A stretch of DNA of 64,000 bases, taken from Clostridia bacterium (GTDB taxonomy: Bacteria > Bacillota > Clostridia > RGIG6154). Of the stretch, positions 60,991-64,000 are shown piece by piece (the stretch's first letter is position 1; every line of letters begins with the position of its first letter). The notes beneath the pieces are model-generated. The model had not been told where the DNA came from and made no database searches. It was given only the letters and a program-made list of their open reading frames with translations. A program made the translations under genes and the position numbers. The stretch lies in assembly GCA_045589295.1 (NCBI GenBank), contig JAZNOU010000007.1, positions 32,001 to 96,000 of the forward strand, written 5' to 3'.

Positions 60991-61725
60991 GTGGGGAAAA
61001 TAATTCAGGCAGATTTCGGCAAACATTCCGAAAACCAAAAAAAATGTACTGTTATACTTGCAGCTGCAGGTTGTGGCAGCCGTATGGCATTAGGGTTTAA
61101 TAAAGTCTTTCTTACTATAGATGAAAAACCTGTTATTGCATACAGTCTAGAAATGTTTGAATCAATATACGAAATAAAAAACGTTATAATTGTCGCTTCA
61201 AAGGATGATATTCCTCTCATTAGTGATATAGTTCGCGAATTTGGATATAAAAAAGTTAAAAATATTATTTGTGGTGGCTCAACCAGACAAGAAAGTGTAT
61301 TAAACGGATTGCTTGCAATGCCTTCAGAAACTGACATAGTTTTAATACACGATGCGGCACGACCACTAATTACCGAAAGTGTTATTTTGGAACTTATTAA
61401 GACTGCCGACAGTGAAGGTGCAGCAACTTGTGGTGTATACGCAGTTGATACTTTAAAAACTGTGGACGAAAATCTAAATATAACCGAAACATTAAACAGG
61501 AGCAAAGTTGTTCATATCCAAACTCCTCAGGTTTTTAAAAAGGATATAATTATTCAGGCACACAAAAATGCTGTTTCAACAGGTTTTAAAGGTACCGATG
61601 ACTGCTCTTTGGTAGAAAATCTCGGCATTAATGTTAAGGTTGTTTTGGGTGAGCGTTGTAATATTAAACTTACCTCCCCTGAAGATTTTGTTATCATATC
61701 TGCTTTTATGGAATATAAGGAGTGA
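60991..61725 (+). CDS. ispD: 2-C-methyl-D-erythritol 4-phosphate cytidylyltransferase
   Basis: [36 protein letters not shown]. Confidence 0.95.
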   Translation: MGKIIQADFGKHSENQKKCTVILAAAGCGSRMALGFNKVFLTIDEKPVIAYSLEMFESIYEIKNVIIVASKDDIPLISDIVREFGYKKVKNIICGGSTRQESVLNGLLAMPSETDIVLIHDAARPLITESVILELIKTADSEGAATCGVYAVDTLKTVDENLNITETLNRSKVVHIQTPQVFKKDIIIQAHKNAVSTGFKGTDDCSLVENLGINVKVVLGERCNIKLTSPEDFVIISAFMEYKE

Positions 61726-61729
61726 TTTT

Positions 61730-62194
61730 ATGCGCATTGGTCACGGAATTGACTTTCACAGATTGACAAATGACAGAGATTTAATTTTAGGTGGAGTAAA
61801 AATTGAGTATGAAAAAGGTTTGCTCGGCCACTCAGATGCAGATGTTTTGTTACACGCCATCTGTGATGCACTTTTAGGTGCTGCCGCAAAAAGAGATATT
61901 GGGTATTATTTTCCAGATTCAAGCGGTGAATTTAAAGGGATTTCAAGTATTGAACTATTAAAAAGATCAAAAGAAATAATTAAACCTTTTGAGGTTTGTA
62001 ATATTGATGCAACAATAATTGCCCAAAAGCCAAAGCTTATGCCATACATTGAAGAAATGGTATCAAACATTTCAGATGCTTTAGATATTCCAAAGCATTG
62101 TATCAATGTAAAAGCAACTACTAGCGAAGGCATGGGTTATTGCGGTATAGGCGAAGGTATTGAGGCTCACGCCGTTTGCCTACTTAAAGACTAA
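61730..62194 (+). CDS. ispF: 2-C-methyl-D-erythritol 2,4-cyclodiphosphate synthase
   Basis: [27 protein letters not shown]. Confidence 0.97.
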   Translation: MRIGHGIDFHRLTNDRDLILGGVKIEYEKGLLGHSDADVLLHAICDALLGAAAKRDIGYYFPDSSGEFKGISSIELLKRSKEIIKPFEVCNIDATIIAQKPKLMPYIEEMVSNISDALDIPKHCINVKATTSEGMGYCGIGEGIEAHAVCLLKD

Positions 62195-62225
62195 CAATTT
62201 TTCTTAAAAGAAAGTGAGATATATT

Positions 62226-63665
62226 ATGGCTAAAGAACAGAAAAAATTTGTAGAAGATATCACTTCAATGGATGTTGATTTTGCAAAGTGGTATACTGAC
62301 ATTGTAAAAAAAGCTGACCTTGTTGATTATTCAGGGATCAGAGGTTGTATGATCATAAGACCTTACGGATATGCTATTTGGGAAAATATCCAGCAGGCTC
62401 TTAATAAAATGTTCAAGGACACAGGGCACGAAAACGTGTATATGCCTATGTTTATCCCTGAAAGTCTTCTTCAAAAAGAAAAAGATCACGTAGAAGGCTT
62501 TGCGCCCGAAGTAGCCTGGGTTACCCATGGTGGTACTGAAAAATTAACCGAGCGTCTTTGTGTAAGACCTACATCAGAAACACTTTTCTGTGACCACTAC
62601 AAAGATATTATTCACTCATACAGAGATTTACCTAAGCTTTACAATCAATGGTGTTCTGTTGTGAGATGGGAAAAAACTACAAGACCCTTCTTACGTTCTT
62701 TGGAATTTTTGTGGCAGGAAGGTCACACTGCACATGCTACCGCTGAAGAATCAATGGAAGAAACAATTAATATGCTTAATATCTACGCCAAATTCTGTGA
62801 AGAATATCTGGCAATGCCTGTAATTAAAGGTCAGAAGACTGATAAGGAAAAATTTGCAGGAGCTGTTTCAACATTTACTATTGAAGCTTTAATGCACAAT
62901 GGTTATGCTCTTCAATCCGGAACTTCACACAACTTTGGCGATGGCTTTGCTAAAGCATTTGGCATTCAGTTTACTGATAAAGACAACACATTAAAACATG
63001 TTCACCAGACATCCTGGGGTGTTTCCACAAGACTTATTGGTGGTCTTATAATGGTCCATGGGGATGATAATGGTTTGGTACTACCTCCAAAAATCGCGCC
63101 AGTTCAGCTTATGATTATTCCGATTGCACAGCACAAAGAAGGAGTTTTGGAAAAAGCAAATGAACTTCTTTCCCTCCTTTCAGATTCAGTAAGAGTAAAA
63201 CTTGACGATTCAGATAAAAGCCCTGGATTTAAGTTCAGCGAGCAGGAAATGCGCGGCATTCCACTTAGAATTGAAATTGGCCCTAAAGATATTGAAAACA
63301 ATCAGGCAATTTTAGCCAGACGTGACAATGGTGAAAAAATTACTGTATCACTTGACAACATGAAGGAAGAGGTTGTTAAACTTTTAGATACTATTCAAAA
63401 AGATATGTTTGAACGTGCAAAAAACCACAGAGAGGAACGCACATTCAAAGCAACAGATATGGATAGTTTTGCAAAACAACTTGAAGAAAAACCTGGTTTT
63501 GTAAAAGCTATGTGGTGTGGTGATGTTGAGTGTGAAGAAAAAATTAAAGAACTCACAGGCGCAACATCAAGATGTATGCCATTTGAACAAGAACAAATTT
63601 CCGAAAAATGTGTATGCTGCGGAAAACCTGCTAAAAAAATGGTATATTGGGGCAAAGCATATTAA
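62226..63665 (+). CDS. proS: Proline--tRNA ligase (archaeal/eukaryotic-like type, no INS editing domain)
   Basis: [32 protein letters not shown]-terminal Zn site, ends in AY. Confidence 0.97.
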   Translation: MAKEQKKFVEDITSMDVDFAKWYTDIVKKADLVDYSGIRGCMIIRPYGYAIWENIQQALNKMFKDTGHENVYMPMFIPESLLQKEKDHVEGFAPEVAWVTHGGTEKLTERLCVRPTSETLFCDHYKDIIHSYRDLPKLYNQWCSVVRWEKTTRPFLRSLEFLWQEGHTAHATAEESMEETINMLNIYAKFCEEYLAMPVIKGQKTDKEKFAGAVSTFTIEALMHNGYALQSGTSHNFGDGFAKAFGIQFTDKDNTLKHVHQTSWGVSTRLIGGLIMVHGDDNGLVLPPKIAPVQLMIIPIAQHKEGVLEKANELLSLLSDSVRVKLDDSDKSPGFKFSEQEMRGIPLRIEIGPKDIENNQAILARRDNGEKITVSLDNMKEEVVKLLDTIQKDMFERAKNHREERTFKATDMDSFAKQLEEKPGFVKAMWCGDVECEEKIKELTGATSRCMPFEQEQISEKCVCCGKPAKKMVYWGKAY

Positions 63666-63668
63666 TAC

Positions 63669-63697
63669 TTGACAAATTTAAAAAAACATTGTATAAT
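63669..63697 (+). promoter_or_regulatory. Consensus sigmaA promoter of thiT leader
   Basis: TTGACA-N17-TATAAT (perfect hexamers). Confidence 0.9.
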
Positions 63698-63703
63698 AAA
63701 CTC

Positions 63704-63795
63704 GAATATCGGGGAGCCGTAGTATCGGCTGAGAGGAAACACAAAGTTTCGACCCGTCAACCTGATTTGGATAATGCCAACGTAGGGAATATTTC
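63704..63795 (+). ncRNA. TPP (THI-box) riboswitch aptamer
   Basis: GGGGAGC...GCTGAGAG...GACCC..AACCTGAT...ATAATGCCAACGTAGGGA; upstream of a thiamine S-component gene. Confidence 0.95.
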
Positions 63796-63807
63796 TGAAA
63801 TGTAATT

Positions 63808-63841
63808 TAGAGATAGTCTTGTTGGCTATCTCTATTTTTTT
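63808..63841 (+). terminator. Riboswitch expression-platform terminator
   Basis: TAGAGATAGTC-TTGTT-GGCTATCTCTA followed by T7. Confidence 0.88.
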
Positions 63842-63902
63842 GAGATAGCCAAAAAATTTATCCGTTCAGGCGTACAAAATACACTTTGAAAGGATGTTTT
63901 TT

Positions 63903-64000
63903 ATGAAAAACAACACAAAAAAATTAGTTACGTCTGCAATGTTAATCGCAATCGCGGTAGTTTTATCTTTGCTGACACCATTTAATCTGCCTTTTGGCGG
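63903..64000 (+). CDS. thiT: ECF thiamine transporter S-component ThiT, 5' part (runs off window end)
   Basis: MKNNTKKLVTSAMLIAIAVVLSLLTPFNLPFG matches the ThiT N-terminus; TPP riboswitch upstream. Confidence 0.8.
   Translation, partial: MKNNTKKLVTSAMLIAIAVVLSLLTPFNLPFG

Noticed and set aside
1-64000. Alternative genetic code (Arg codon reassignment known in some low-GC Bacillota)
   Set aside because: Spot checks put CGG (MinD ECRL), CGA (RmuC RTRQ) and AGG (RadA GPRVLEH) at conserved Arg positions; TGA and TAG end genes at expected lengths
58500-64000. Switch to plus-strand genes as a possible replication origin/terminus or inversion
   Set aside because: No DnaA-box cluster, dif site or boundary repeats seen; radA still looks C-rich by eye; a computed GC skew is needed
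1-64000. Mobile elements, prophage, CRISPR arrays, tRNA/rRNA, defence islands
   Set aside because: No transposase, integrase or phage proteins, no regularly spaced repeats, and intergenic gaps are too short; mazEF is the conserved chromosomal alr-linked copy

Overview
AT-rich, very densely packed core-genome segment of a Clostridia-type (Bacillota) bacterium, probably a spore former. It uses the standard genetic code 11. Most genes lie on the minus strand: truB'-nrnA-rbfA-infB-ylxQ-ylxR-nusA-rimP; a tandem-OB SSB; ileS-DUF1858-dusB-pyrH-frr-uppS-cdsA-dxr-rseP-ispG-polC; a TIGR03960/TIGR03936 radical-SAM pair; a spoIVF-like pair; nudF-zapA-dut-NusGII-Gx-mreC-mreD-mrdA-minD; a deacetylase-tagA-thyX-tmk-DJ1-mltG-trmR-U32-pbpI-proB-proA-rmuC block; DUF6106-nnrD-alr-mazEF; uvrBA; and a GT2 gene. 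Plus-strand genes are a cytidylate-kinase-like gene, rqcH, an AEC transporter, a cohesin-like/SLH surface protein, radA, carD, ispD, ispF, proS and a TPP riboswitch ahead of thiT. I saw no mobile element, prophage, CRISPR array, rRNA or tRNA, and no clearly novel multi-gene system. The most notable points are: an Asp-to-Val change in the IF2 P-loop; a probable ATT start on spoIVFB next to a miniaturised SpoIVFA-like protein; absence of mreB, minC, minE, rodA, disA and rpsB-tsf from their usual operons; an N-terminally shortened PolC; a sigmaE-like promoter on a double-OB SSB; and a TPP leader with extra alternative hairpins. All product calls come from motif recognition and synteny, without database searches.
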